Shown: piece after piece, positions 38,526-49,352 of the stretch
How the letters are laid out: every line of letters begins with the position of its first letter
Position numbering within the stretch: position 1 is the stretch's first letter
DNA from: an uncultured delta proteobacterium
GTDB taxonomy: Bacteria; Desulfobacterota; Desulfomonilia; UBA1062
Direction: 5' to 3'
Assembly (NCBI GenBank): GCA_963752595.1
Contig: CAVVYZ010000002.1
Span: 128,001 to 192,000 of the forward strand
DNA: 64,000 nt
The notes under the pieces: generated by a model
The model's input: the letters and a program-made list of their open reading frames with translations, nothing else
What the model was told of the DNA's origin: nothing
The model's database searches: none
Program-made: the position numbers and the translations under genes

Positions 38526-39368
38526 ATGTCAGATAGTGAGATGAACGGCCCGGGCCGGGAAGAAGATGCGGCCAGGTTGAAGCTCCAGCTTTCAAAAATC
38601 AGAAACACCATCATGGTCATGAGCGGAAAAGGCGGGGTTGGGAAGTCCACGGTCTCTGCCAACCTCTCTTTGAGCCTTGCACGGGAAGGCTACAAGGTAG
38701 GGGTGCTCGACGGCGATATCCACGGCCCGGACATACCGAAAATCCTGGGTGTTGAAGACAGGAAGCTGGTCTCCGACGAAGAAGGGAAAATCCGCCCGGT
38801 GGAGGCATATAACAATATCAAGGTGATCTCCGTTGGCTACCTGCTCGAGAGCCGGGATACGCCCGTGATCTGGCGCGGCCCCATGAAGCATTCGGTGATG
38901 AGGCAGTTCCTCAGGGATGTAAACTGGGGCGAGCTCGATTTTCTTATCGTCGACCTTCCGCCCGGAACCGGTGACGAGCCTTTGTCCATAGCCCAGCTCA
39001 TCAAGGGGGCGGACGGGGTGAATGCTCCCAACGCGGTCATCGTGACCACTCCCCAGGACGTCGCCCTCCTGGATGCGCGCAAGAGTGTCGAATTTGCCAG
39101 AGCCCTGGGCTTAAACCTGTTAGGCATCATCGAGAACATGAGCGGGTTCTCATGTCCCCACTGCGGGCATGAAATCGATCTGTTCAAGACCGGCGGAGGC
39201 AGAAAAGCAGCAGACGAGCTCGGCGCTCGTTTTCTGGGAGTGGTGCCCATCGACCCGAGAATCGTCCGGGATACCGATGCAGGCAGGCCCTTTGTCATAT
39301 CAAACGAGGAGTCCGAGGTGAACAGGGCGTTTGCCCGGATCGTCGCAGATATCCTCGCGCAGATGTAA
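38526..39368 (+). CDS. Mrp/NBP35 (ApbC) Fe-S cluster carrier ATPase
   Basis: [50 protein letters not shown]. Confidence 0.93.
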   Translation: MSDSEMNGPGREEDAARLKLQLSKIRNTIMVMSGKGGVGKSTVSANLSLSLAREGYKVGVLDGDIHGPDIPKILGVEDRKLVSDEEGKIRPVEAYNNIKVISVGYLLESRDTPVIWRGPMKHSVMRQFLRDVNWGELDFLIVDLPPGTGDEPLSIAQLIKGADGVNAPNAVIVTTPQDVALLDARKSVEFARALGLNLLGIIENMSGFSCPHCGHEIDLFKTGGGRKAADELGARFLGVVPIDPRIVRDTDAGRPFVISNEESEVNRAFARIVADILAQM

Positions 39369-39388
39369 CCCGGCTAAGGCCCTCTTTT

Positions 39389-40237
39389 ATGCGCACCCAT
39401 CACGAATGCATTCCATGCCTCGTAAGGCATGCGCATGAGCTCGCAGAGGAAAATCTCCCTGCCCACGCACGGGATGATTTTGTCACAGACATCCGGAACC
39501 GCATCGGCCGGTTCGATTTTGACAACCCGCCCCCCATCTTTGCCATGGAGATGTACGGAGTGCTGAAAAGAATGACCGGGACCGATGATCCCTATGCAGA
39601 ACATAAGGCCCGGTATAATCGGAAGGCTCTTGCCCTCTACCCTTTGCTCGAAAAAATGATATCCGGTTCCGCCGATCCTCTGGATACGGCTCTCCGCATT
39701 GCAGTCGCAGGGAATATCATTGATTTCGGCGTTCATGACAAAAGTAACATCGAGATCGAAGAGACCGTGCAGGCATCGCTCCAGGCCGTCTTTTTCCTCG
39801 ATCACACGGAAGAGCTCAAAGAGAGGCTGAAACGTTGCAGGAGGGTCCTGTATATTGCCGACAATGCAGGCGAGATTGTCATGGACCGTCTTTTCATCGA
39901 ACAGATCGGTCCGAAGCGCGTCACCTGCGCCGTGAGGTCGGCGCCGATCATCAATGATGCAACGAAGCTCGATGCCGCCCAGTCCGGCCTTGATAAGGTC
40001 TGTACGGTGATCGGCAGCGGGTCGAAGGCATCGGGAACCCCGTTGAGCCTCTGCAATGACGAGTTCGGAAGCATCTTCGTTTCCTCAGACGTGGTCATCG
40101 CCAAAGGTCAGGGCAACTTCGAAACCCTCACCTCCACAGGCCGTGATGTATTTCACCTCTTGATGGCCAAGTGCCCGGTCATCGCTCGGGAGACAGGCGC
40201 TCCCCTCGGAAGTTTCCTTGCCGTGAAGAAAGGTTGA
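39389..40237 (+). CDS. ARMT1-like / DUF89 damage-control phosphatase
   Basis: ECIPCL, AGNIIDFG, IADNAGEIVMD, PIINDAT, IAKGQGNFETL, AKCPVIA. Confidence 0.88.
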   Translation: MRTHHECIPCLVRHAHELAEENLPAHARDDFVTDIRNRIGRFDFDNPPPIFAMEMYGVLKRMTGTDDPYAEHKARYNRKALALYPLLEKMISGSADPLDTALRIAVAGNIIDFGVHDKSNIEIEETVQASLQAVFFLDHTEELKERLKRCRRVLYIADNAGEIVMDRLFIEQIGPKRVTCAVRSAPIINDATKLDAAQSGLDKVCTVIGSGSKASGTPLSLCNDEFGSIFVSSDVVIAKGQGNFETLTSTGRDVFHLLMAKCPVIARETGAPLGSFLAVKKG

Positions 40238-40335
40238 TCGCCATAGTTCCTTTTTTAAGAGAATCAAACAAAGCCCTGCCTTGGAGTATACCGCATGACA
40301 AGTAAAGCCTTGGAAAACGATACATACAAAATACT

Positions 40336-40364
40336 TTTACATTCATATCTTATGACGATATAAT
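40336..40364 (+). promoter_or_regulatory. Sigma-70-type promoter
   Basis: TTTACA-N17-TATAAT in AT-rich intergenic DNA upstream of ORF 40433. Confidence 0.65.
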
Positions 40365-40432
40365 ACAATAATACTCTCAATGAGTTAAAGTGAGGGAGCT
40401 TTGATGTTATCCATTTCAGGGAGAGGTACCGT

Positions 40433-40963
40433 ATGAAGAAGCATGCAAGAAGATTAAGCATTATTCTGGCAGTCCTTTTTATATTTTCCATCGGATGCTC
40501 ATCAGGTGTTGCCTATGCAGCTTCGAAGGCCAAGAAAGCGACCTTGCCCGAGAACCCTTCGCTCATAGGCCTCCGGTACGGGCCGGGCGTGCCGAAGGGA
40601 TACGAAGATCTGGGCGGCGGCGTTATGGCTGATGAAAAACATGCACTGACTGAATTCGGCCTCCAGTATGTCCGCTACAGGAAAGCCGAGATGATGTGGC
40701 TTTGCCGCGTTGTCGGCACAGGCCGGTCGGGGAAGCCCGTCTTTCAGATCATGGATGTCCTGGCACTCCCCCAGAGGCAGAAAAACGAGATTGTCGCATG
40801 GTTTGCCTGTTTCTTCAATGGAAGAAGAAATGAACAGATCATCACCTATACCGACAAATATTATTTCAAAGTCCACAGGGCCTGGCTTGCAAACAGGCAG
40901 ACCGGCAAGATCCAGGAGATTTCTCCCCGGGGCATCGTCTGTGCGGACCCGGCACGGGAATGA
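40433..40963 (+). CDS. Hypothetical exported protein
   Basis: Basic N-terminus, hydrophobic core, possible cleavage at AYA (or lipobox-like SIGC); GGAGAGG SD. Confidence 0.7.
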   Translation: MKKHARRLSIILAVLFIFSIGCSSGVAYAASKAKKATLPENPSLIGLRYGPGVPKGYEDLGGGVMADEKHALTEFGLQYVRYRKAEMMWLCRVVGTGRSGKPVFQIMDVLALPQRQKNEIVAWFACFFNGRRNEQIITYTDKYYFKVHRAWLANRQTGKIQEISPRGIVCADPARE

Positions 40964-41157
40964 GTATAGGATAATTTTCAAGGGGATGTTCTTCTCAGGT
41001 TTCACTCCATGTGCGGATACGGTTTTGAAACAATCATTTTCATCGATCCGTCATACGGCAGGTGGAGTTCATTCCTCGCGATAGAAGGCCTTCCTGCCTG
41101 ACATGCCCATGCTTCAGAGGATCCCTGATCTGTTCTTTTTTATTGGAGTATTAGCGC

Positions 41158-41186
41158 TTGACTGTGGAGATTCTTTCCCCTAGATT
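41158..41186 (+). promoter_or_regulatory. Sigma-70-type promoter
   Basis: TTGACT-N17-TAGATT upstream of the GH13 gene. Confidence 0.5.
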
Positions 41187-41297
41187 CTACTCTAATTTCA
41201 TGGATGATTCTTTGCACCGGTGATTTTTTGTCAATGGATGATGGCACTGCCTCTTGCAGGGGCGGTAGTATCCGTTTAATACAGAGAGTAAAAATAC

Positions 41298-44200
41298 ATG
41301 TTTGAATTCCATATATCGAGAGAAGCCCGGGATCTGTATCAATTTGACCAATCGCTGTTTTCCTCTACGGGCAATGTAATCCTGGCGGATTTTTATGCAG
41401 CCAGGAGGTTTGCAGAGAGGATGAACCAGGTTCGCCAGGTGTCCATACATCCCGAACGCGCCGTTTCGGCAAGTGATATCTATGCCATGGGGCTTATCGA
41501 CGAGATCCTGCACTTCATGGTCGAGCAGTATCGAAGGACCGTGCGGCCCACCATCATGTCGGAAGCCTATTCATGGGTACAGTCAAAGGTGGACGGCACG
41601 GATCTCACCCTGGAACAGTTCGTTGACCTCTTCCCGCCTGTGGCGGTCTACCAGGGCAAGATCTCCATCGATGCCTATCTCAAGGGCGAGACAAAAGGCA
41701 CTTCCCATAAACACATCAGCCTCGAAGAGATGATCATGCTCTTCCTGTCAAATGAGAACCCTGCCTTCCAGCCCTACATCGAGCTCTTCGACGATACGCT
41801 GCTGGAAAAGCGGACCCGATACCCGGAAATACTGAAGAACCTGGAGGAGTTTTTCAGGGGCCGGCCGGTCTTCGGACCCCAGGGCCAGACCCTGCTGGAC
41901 CTTCTGAGAGCGCCTGCCAAGGCTTCTCCGAACTCTCTCTACGGCCAGCTGGAGTATATCCGGACCCACTGGAGATACATCATCCAGGACCTGCTGCTGC
42001 GCATCCTGGGGGGCATGGACTTTATCAAGGAAGAGCACAAGCCAAGGTTTTTCGGTCCCGGCCAGGCCATTGCGCCGAAATTCGGGATGCGGGACTACGC
42101 AGAGCTCGAGCGGTTCAGTCCCGACCTCGACTGGATGCCTCACCTCGTGCTCATTGCCAAGAGCACCTATGTGTGGCTTTTCCAGCTCTCGCAGAAATAC
42201 GGCCGCACCATCTCCCGGCTCGATGAGATCCCGGATGAGGAGCTCGAACAGATGGCCCGGTGGGGCATCACCGGCCTGTGGCTTATCGGTATATGGGAGA
42301 GGAGTCCTGCTTCGAAAAAGATCAAGCAGCTCACCGGCAATCCTGAAGCAGCGTCCTCTGCGTATTCGATCTATGACTATGTGATCGCAGGGGAGCTCGG
42401 AGGCCATGAAGCCTTCGAGAACCTGAAAGCCAGAGCTTTCCGCTACGGGGTACGGATGGCTACCGATATGGTCCCCAACCACATGGGCATCTACTCGAAA
42501 TGGGTGATCGAGCATCCTGACTGGTTTATCCAGCTCGATCACAGCCCGTTTCCGTCGTACCGGTTCACCGGCCCCAATCTGTCCGAGGAAGACCGCGTCG
42601 TGATCCAGCTCGAAGACGGCTACTGGGACCGTACGGATGCCGCAGTCGTGTTCAGACGCCTGGACAGCTACACGGGCAGTACGAGGTTACATCTATCATG
42701 GAAACGACGGGACGAGCACCCCATGGAACGACACGGCCCAGCTCGATTTTCTGAAAGCCCAAGTGCGGGAGGCGGTCATCCGAAAGACCATCGAGGTGGC
42801 AAAGCTCTTCCCCATCATCCGGTTCGATGCGGCCATGACCCTGGCCAAGCGCCACTTCCAGCGGCTCTGGTACCCGCTTCCCGGATACGGCGGGGATATC
42901 CCGTCCCGCTCCGGCCACAGTGTTTCACAGGAGGAGTTCGACAGGATGTTTCCCGTGGAGTTCTGGCGGGAGCTCGTGGACAGGGTGGCCCAGGAAGTCC
43001 CGAACACCCTGCTCCTTGCGGAAGCCTTCTGGCTCATGGAGGGCTATTTCGTCAGGAGTCTCGGCATGCATCGCGTGTACAACAGCGCCTTCATGAACAT
43101 GCTGAAACGCGAAGAGAACAGCAAGTACCGGGACGTGATGAAGAATGTCTTAAGGTTCAACCCCGAGATCCTCAAACGGTTCGTCAATTTCATGAACAAC
43201 CCTGACGAGGAGCCGGCAGTAGCCCAGTTCGGCAAGGATGACAAATATTTCGGGGTAGCCACCATGATGGTGACCCTGCCGGGGCTCCCCATGTTCGGCC
43301 ACGGCCAGATCGAGGGCTTCGGCGAGAAATACGGCATGGAATACCAGCGCTCCTACTGGGAAGAGGGTGTCGATACCCACCTCGTGGACCGTCACGTGAG
43401 AGAGATCTTCCCGCTGCTCCGGAAGAGATACCTCTTCAGCGAAATGGACGACTTCGTCCTCTACGATGTGATGCAGGACGACGGCCATATCAACGAAGAC
43501 GTTTTTGCCTACTCCAACCTCGCAGGCGATGAGCGGGCCCTTGTCATGTACAACAACCGCTATGCCGAGGCACGTGGATGGATCAGGCGCTCTGTGGGCA
43601 CAAACGTGGACATGGGCCACGGGAACCGCAAGGTCCTGCAAAAGAGTCTGGGCGAGGGATTGAAACTTAAAAACGATGAAGCGGTCTACTACATCCTGGA
43701 AGATTTCCGCGAGGGGCTCCAGTACCTGAGAAACGGCCGGTCACTCTGCAATGAAGGCCTGCGTATTCACCTCGGGGCGTTCAAGTCCAACGTGTTCATG
43801 AATTTTCATGAACTGGAAGACCGGGACGGCCAGGTCAAACGGCTGCATGAATACCTGAACGGGCGGGGCGTGCCCGATGTCCTCTCCGAGCTCCAGGAGC
43901 TGTATCTCAAGAAGATCCTTGACCCGTTCAGGATCGTGGTCAACGAATCCTTCCTGAAACAGACCATATCCGAGGCAAGGAAAGAAGGCGATATTTCCGA
44001 TGCAGTCTTACTGGCGCTTTCCGGCTTCCTGAAAGAGGTGTGGGAATACCTCTACTCTTGGCGTGAAGGGGCCGATGCCGCTGATGTGACCGATGCCGCC
44101 TATTCGCTTCTCAAATCGGTCTGCTCTATCGAAAAGCTTCGGACCAAGAGAAAAAAGGATACGCCGGCCTGGGATACCTACCTCTTCAGCCGAGTCCCGG

Positions 44201-44757
44201 AAAATGTTCCCGAGGATCTTTCCTGGTGGAGGGTTCCGGTTCTCTGGAGCATTGTCTGCAGGGTCGGCTCCCTGGTCAGCCGGGAATCCGTCCCGGTCAA
44301 GAGCAGAGCTCTCATGGATGAGCTGCTTCTCTCCAAAGCCGTGAGGGAGACCCTGCTTTCTTTAGGCTTAAACGATGGCGAGGCACGGTTCGAGCTCCTC
44401 CTCATCCAGGTGCTCACCGCCTATCAGGACTGGAATGAGGACACAGGCCGAGAAGGCGGCCTCCCGGAAGTAGTCGACACGATGCTCGGCGACACCGATG
44501 TGAGGTTGTTTCTCGGGGTAAACGAGTTCGGAGGCAAGGTCTGGTTCAACAAGGAATCTTTCGAAACGTTGTTGTATTGGCTCTTCGCCATAACCGTGAT
44601 CCGATCCGTTGCCGTGATCGACGGAAAGGTAAAGGTAAACACGAAGACGGTTGTAGAGAGCTTCACATACGTGAATACCCTGCTGAAGGCATCGGAAAAA
44701 GCAAACTATGATCTCGGAGAATTCCTGCTGATGCTGAAGGGAAGCTGGACCAGCTGA
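41298..44757 (+). CDS. Large alpha-amylase family (GH13) glycoside hydrolase, frameshift near 42687
   Basis: LWLIGIWE, SAYSIYDY, DMVPNH in the first frame; WNDTAQLDF, IRFDAAM, LAEAFW, NNPDE, LPGLPMFGHGQ in the second. Confidence 0.85.
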
Positions 44758-44857
44758 AACGCTCTGCACGGTCATGGTGGAAGCCCGGTCCGAGCTCTGC
44801 TGCCGGAAGATCGCCGACGTCATCACCGGAATGATCGGGGTGAGGCAGGTTTCATAG
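44747..44857 (+). pseudogene. 3'-terminal remnant of phosphoglucosamine mutase (glmM-like)
   Basis: Intergenic frame reads GPAETLCTVMVEARSELCCRKIADVITGMIGVRQVS*, resembling the GlmM C-terminus (SGTEPxxRVMVE...IAxVI); its stop is 9 nt before the GlmU-like ATG. Confidence 0.55.
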
Positions 44858-44866
44858 GAGTGCAGG

Positions 44867-46105
44867 ATGGATAAGAAGATGAAAAGGCTCATTGAGAGAG
44901 GGGTAGCAGTCCTGAATCCTATGACGGTTGATATCGGCGACGATGTCGACCCGGATATGATATCTCCCGGCGTCACCATCCACAGCGGCTGCCGCATCCG
45001 GGGGAAAAAGACCGTTATCCTGGCGGGAACGGTTCTCGGAGAAGAGGCCCCGGTCACGATCCAGGATTGCCAGATCGGCAAGGGCGTAGAGCTCAAAGGC
45101 GGGTTTTTCAAGAAGTCGGTATTCCTGGACAAAGCGAGCATGGGTTCGGGCGCACACGTGCGTGAGGCCTGCATCCTCGAGGAAGAGGCCGGCGGCGCCC
45201 ACGCCGTGGGGCTCAAGCATACCATCCTGCTGCCGTTCGTCACCCTGGGGAGCCTCATCAATTTCTGCGACTGCCTCATGGCGGGCGGGACGAGCAGGAA
45301 GGACCACAGCGAGGTCGGGAGCTCCTACATTCACTTCAACTACAGCCCGAGCCAGGACAAAGCCACGCCTTCCCTCATCGGAGATGTGCCGAGGGGGGTC
45401 ATGATCTCCGAGCGGCCCATATTCCTCGGCGGCCAGGGCGGTATCGTGGGACCCTCGATCATCGCGTACGGCACGGTCATCGCCGCAGGTACCATTGTGC
45501 GAGATGACATTACGGAAGAGAGAAAACTCGTGCTGGACCAGTTTCCGAAGCCCGAGATCAGGGATTTCCACCCCGGCATCTACTGGTCGACGAAGCGCAA
45601 AGTGCGGAACAACGTTGCCTATATCGCAAATCTTATCGCCCTGAAGGCATGGTACCGCCTCGTGCGCTCGCAATTCTTCGGAGCGGATGTTCAGGGGCAG
45701 GCAATGTTCAAGGGCGCACTCGAAAAGCTCGACATGGCTATCGACGAGCGCATCAAGCGCCTCGGAGCGCTGGCCATGAAGATGAAGGAATCCATCCGTC
45801 TGTATACCTCCCTGATGATGGAAGGCGTAAATCCTGCCCTTGTGAAGCAGAAGCAGGAACTCTTCGAGAACTGGGAGGCGGTCGGAGAAAAGTTGGGCGC
45901 GTCAAGGTACTATACGGGAGAAGAACCCTTGAGAGACGATTTCCTCGCAGAAATTATTACAAACGGCAATGATAATGCAGGAGGATACGTCAAGGCAATC
46001 CAGGCTCTTGATCCTCGAACCAGAATGAGCGGCACCCGCTGGCTCGGCAGTGTCGTGAGCCATGTAGAGGGATCGATCTATTCGCTTATTCCCTCATACC
46101 GCTGA
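44867..46105 (+). CDS. GlmU-like left-handed beta-helix protein lacking the uridyltransferase domain
   Basis: GVAVLNPMTVDIG, hexapeptide repeats, AHVREACILEE, IFLGGQGGIVGP..IAYGTVIAAGTIVRDD; helical C-terminal extension. Confidence 0.7.
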   Translation: MDKKMKRLIERGVAVLNPMTVDIGDDVDPDMISPGVTIHSGCRIRGKKTVILAGTVLGEEAPVTIQDCQIGKGVELKGGFFKKSVFLDKASMGSGAHVREACILEEEAGGAHAVGLKHTILLPFVTLGSLINFCDCLMAGGTSRKDHSEVGSSYIHFNYSPSQDKATPSLIGDVPRGVMISERPIFLGGQGGIVGPSIIAYGTVIAAGTIVRDDITEERKLVLDQFPKPEIRDFHPGIYWSTKRKVRNNVAYIANLIALKAWYRLVRSQFFGADVQGQAMFKGALEKLDMAIDERIKRLGALAMKMKESIRLYTSLMMEGVNPALVKQKQELFENWEAVGEKLGASRYYTGEEPLRDDFLAEIITNGNDNAGGYVKAIQALDPRTRMSGTRWLGSVVSHVEGSIYSLIPSYR

Positions 46106-46177
46106 CGTGATCACTGCCGTTGCGCAGGAACCGGCTATAAAAGCAAGCAGCTACCCTTTCATCCTCTCAGGGGTTCG

Positions 46178-47581
46178 CTAGCAGTAGCTGCTTCCGTCCC
46201 AGCAATGCGTGCAGAGCTTTTCCTTCGGCAGCCCTATTGCCTCCACGAGGTCTTCCATGGTCTGGAACTTGAGCGAGGTTAGGCCGAGGCGCTTTCTGAT
46301 CTTCTCCACCATGTCGGCGTGCTTTGCGGAGCAGGCGCTGGCATATTCTTCCAGTGGCACATGGTCGGTGCCCTCGATCTCGCAGATGGCTTTGCGGCCT
46401 GCAAGGTCGAGCGTGGAACGGGAGGTGGAGAAGTTGAGGAACTCGCAGGGATAGATCAGCGTCGGGCAGGCGACACGCATGTGTACTTCCTTGGCTCCAT
46501 ACTCGAAGAGGATCTGGACATTGTCTTTGAGCTGGGTGCCCCGGACAATGGAATCGTCGCAGAATATGAGGCGCTTCCCTCCGATGACGGCTTTGTTGGG
46601 TATGAGCTTCATCCTTGCCACAAGGTCTCTCATCGCCTGGTTCTGGGGCATGAAGCTCCTGGGCCAGGTCGGTGTGTATTTCACATAGGGCCTCATGTAG
46701 GGGATACCCTTCTCGTTTGCATATCCTATGGCATGGCCGATCCCTGAATCCGGGATCCCGGAAGCGAGATCCGCTGAGACGGTGTCATTTCTTGCCAGGG
46801 CCTTGCCGCAGTTGTACCGGACCGATTCTACGTTGATATGTTCGTAATCCGATGACGGGTACCCGTAGTAGACCCACAAGAAAGAGCAGATCTGCATCTT
46901 GTTTTCCGGGGCCTTCAGTCTCTCGTATCCCTCCGCGGTGATCGAAACGATTTCTCCCGGCCCCAGGTAGTAATCCGTCTCATACCCGAGATTCGGGAAG
47001 GCGCAGGTCTCCGACGACACTGCATATGCCCCGTCCCTCCTGCCTATCATCAGCGGCGTTCTGCCCAGCTTGTCCCGTGCCGCGATGATGCCCTTTTTGG
47101 TGAGAAGAAGGATCGAGCAGGAGCCCTTGACGGAATCGTAGACGTTTCTGATTCCTTCCTCGAACGAACCTTTGTCGCAGATGAGCATTGCGATGAGTTC
47201 TGTGGGGTTGATCCGGCTCCCGGAAGTCTCGGAGAAGTATTTTTTCCGTGCAAAGGCCGCCTTCCCGAGGGATTCGAGATTTATGATCTTGCCCACCGTG
47301 ACGATCCCGAACGTACCCATGTGGGAATTGATGATAAGCGGCTGTGCATCATAGTCGCTGATGACCCCGATGCCGTGATCCCCCTTGAAATCCTTGAGCT
47401 CGGGCTCGAACTTCGACCTGAAATAGGAGTTCTCGATGTTGTGGATCGAGCGGGTAAAGCCCTTCTTATTGACTACCGCAAGCCCTCCCCGTTTCGTGCC
47501 GAGGTGGGAGTGGTAATCCGTGCCGTAAAAGAGATCCCCTACACAATCTTCCCTGGATATGATTCCAAAAAGTCCGCCCAT
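46178..47581 (-). CDS. purF: Amidophosphoribosyltransferase (variant without N-terminal Cys)
   Basis: MGGLFG start, ARDKLGRTPL, GIPDSG, DDSIVRGTQ PRPP loop, Fe-S cysteines (ICSF, YPC, CTHC). Confidence 0.88.
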   Translation of the reverse strand: MGGLFGIISREDCVGDLFYGTDYHSHLGTKRGGLAVVNKKGFTRSIHNIENSYFRSKFEPELKDFKGDHGIGVISDYDAQPLIINSHMGTFGIVTVGKIINLESLGKAAFARKKYFSETSGSRINPTELIAMLICDKGSFEEGIRNVYDSVKGSCSILLLTKKGIIAARDKLGRTPLMIGRRDGAYAVSSETCAFPNLGYETDYYLGPGEIVSITAEGYERLKAPENKMQICSFLWVYYGYPSSDYEHINVESVRYNCGKALARNDTVSADLASGIPDSGIGHAIGYANEKGIPYMRPYVKYTPTWPRSFMPQNQAMRDLVARMKLIPNKAVIGGKRLIFCDDSIVRGTQLKDNVQILFEYGAKEVHMRVACPTLIYPCEFLNFSTSRSTLDLAGRKAICEIEGTDHVPLEEYASACSAKHADMVEKIRKRLGLTSLKFQTMEDLVEAIGLPKEKLCTHCWDGSSYC

Positions 47582-47729
47582 GGATGGCTCCCCGTTCTTG
47601 TATTATTTCCTGATGCTATCACTTATACCTGCCTGAAGAAATTTATTCTGCAGGTAACATAAGCTTTTCATCCAGTTGCCTGGTCGATCGAATCCTGCTT
47701 GCTGATTTTACAAAAGGAAATTTCGATCC

Positions 47730-49284
47730 CTATTCCCATTCGATAGTGCTTGGCGGCTTCGAGCTGATGTCGTAGACCACCCGGTTCACGCCCTTGACCT
47801 CGTTGATGATCCTCGTGGATATCCGGGCCAGGGTCTCATAGGGCACCTTCACCCAGTCTGCGGTCATGCCGTCCATGCTCGATACGACGCGGATGGCGAT
47901 CACGTTTGCATAGGTGCGTTCGTCGCCCATGACTCCGACACTCTTGACCGGAAGAAGCACTGCGAAAGACTGCCAGATATCCCCATAGCCTTCCCACTTC
48001 CTGATCTCTTCCTGCACGCGCAGGTCAGCCTGCTGGAGGATGGCAACATTCTCCGCCGTGACTTCTCCGAGAATCCTCACCGCAAGGCCCGGGCCGGGGA
48101 ACGGCTGTCTGTGGACAAGGCTGTCCGGCAGGCCGAGCTCCCTGCCCACGATCCGTACTTCGTCCTTGAACAGTTCCTTCAGCGGCTCGATGAGCTTGAA
48201 TTTAAGGTCTTTGGGCAGTCCTCCTACATTATGGTGGCTCTTGATGGTGGCGGACGGGCCTCCCTTGGCAGATCTGCTCTCTATGATATCCGGATACAAA
48301 GTCCCCTGGGCGAGGAAATCGGCACCGCCGATACGGCGGGCCTCTTCGGAAAATACGTCGATAAAGATCTTCCCGATGGTTTTTCTTTTCTGCTCCGGTT
48401 CGACAACGTCTTTCAGGCCGTCGAGAAACTGCTTGCCGGCATCCACGATATCCAGATTCAGGGGATAGTCATGGGTAAACATATACCCGATCTCGTCTAC
48501 CTCGTCGCCGCGCAGCACGCCGTTGTCCACGAATATGGCGGTCATCCGGTTTCCTATGGCGCGATGGATGAGCGCGGCCGTCACCGCGGAATCAACACCG
48601 CCCGAAAGCCCGCAGATAACCCGGCCGTCTTTTACCGTATTTCTGATGGCTTCCACGGATTCCTCGATGAATCCTGCCATGGTCCACCCGCCTGTGCAGC
48701 CTGCGATGCCGAAGAGGAAGTTCTTGAGGATCTCTTTGCCCCGGGGCGTATGCACAACCTCGGGATGAAACTGGACACCGTAGAGCTTCTTTTCCACATG
48801 TCCCCATGGCGGAAACCGGGCAGGCATCGGTACGCGCCAGGATTTTGAACCCTTTGGGAACTTCTACCACATGGTCGCCATGGCTCATCCATACGTCGAT
48901 CTTGTGACCCAGGCGGGAGAAGAAGGCGCCGTCCTCGATCACTTCGATATATGCCGGGCCGTATTCACCGCCTCGTCCCTTTTCAAGGGTGCCCCCCAGG
49001 ATCTGTGCAATGAGCTGCATCCCGTAGCAGATGCCCAGGACCGGTATCCCGGAATCGAGGAGGGCGGCGTCCATGCCGGGATGGTTCGCATCCATGACCG
49101 AGCTCGGCCCTCCGGAGAGCACGACGGCTTTCGGGTTGAGCTTCCTTAAATCGGAGAGCGATATTTCATGGGGAAGGATTTCGCAGTATACCCCGCACTC
49201 CCTGATGCGGCGAGCAATAAGCTGGGCATACTGGGAACCGAAATCGAGGACGGCAACGAGCTCACGCATTTCTCTTAACTCCAT
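47730..49284 (-). CDS. guaA: GMP synthase (glutamine-hydrolysing), frameshift near 48803
   Basis: [21 protein letters not shown] in one frame; [41 protein letters not shown] in the next. Confidence 0.93.
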
Positions 49285-49352
49285 TTAAGCATGATGAAGA
49301 ATACACAGGATTTTCTTCCGGAGCAATCTTTTAAGCCCCGGAAATGACGAAC

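Noticed and set aside
40981-41108. Long imperfect stem structure (ACTCCA/TGGAGT, CGGAT/ATCCG) suggesting 6S-like RNA
   Set aside because: Short competing stems and no recognisable family landmarks; compatible with chance
41242-41258. Sigma-54-like TGGCAC...TTGCA upstream of the GH13 gene
   Set aside because: GG and GC are 11 nt apart instead of the strictly required 10
47730-49284. guaA as a naturally split two-subunit GMP synthase or a pseudogene
   Set aside because: The break lies inside the glutaminase domain before FHPE and is repaired by deleting one G; fits the window-wide insertion error pattern
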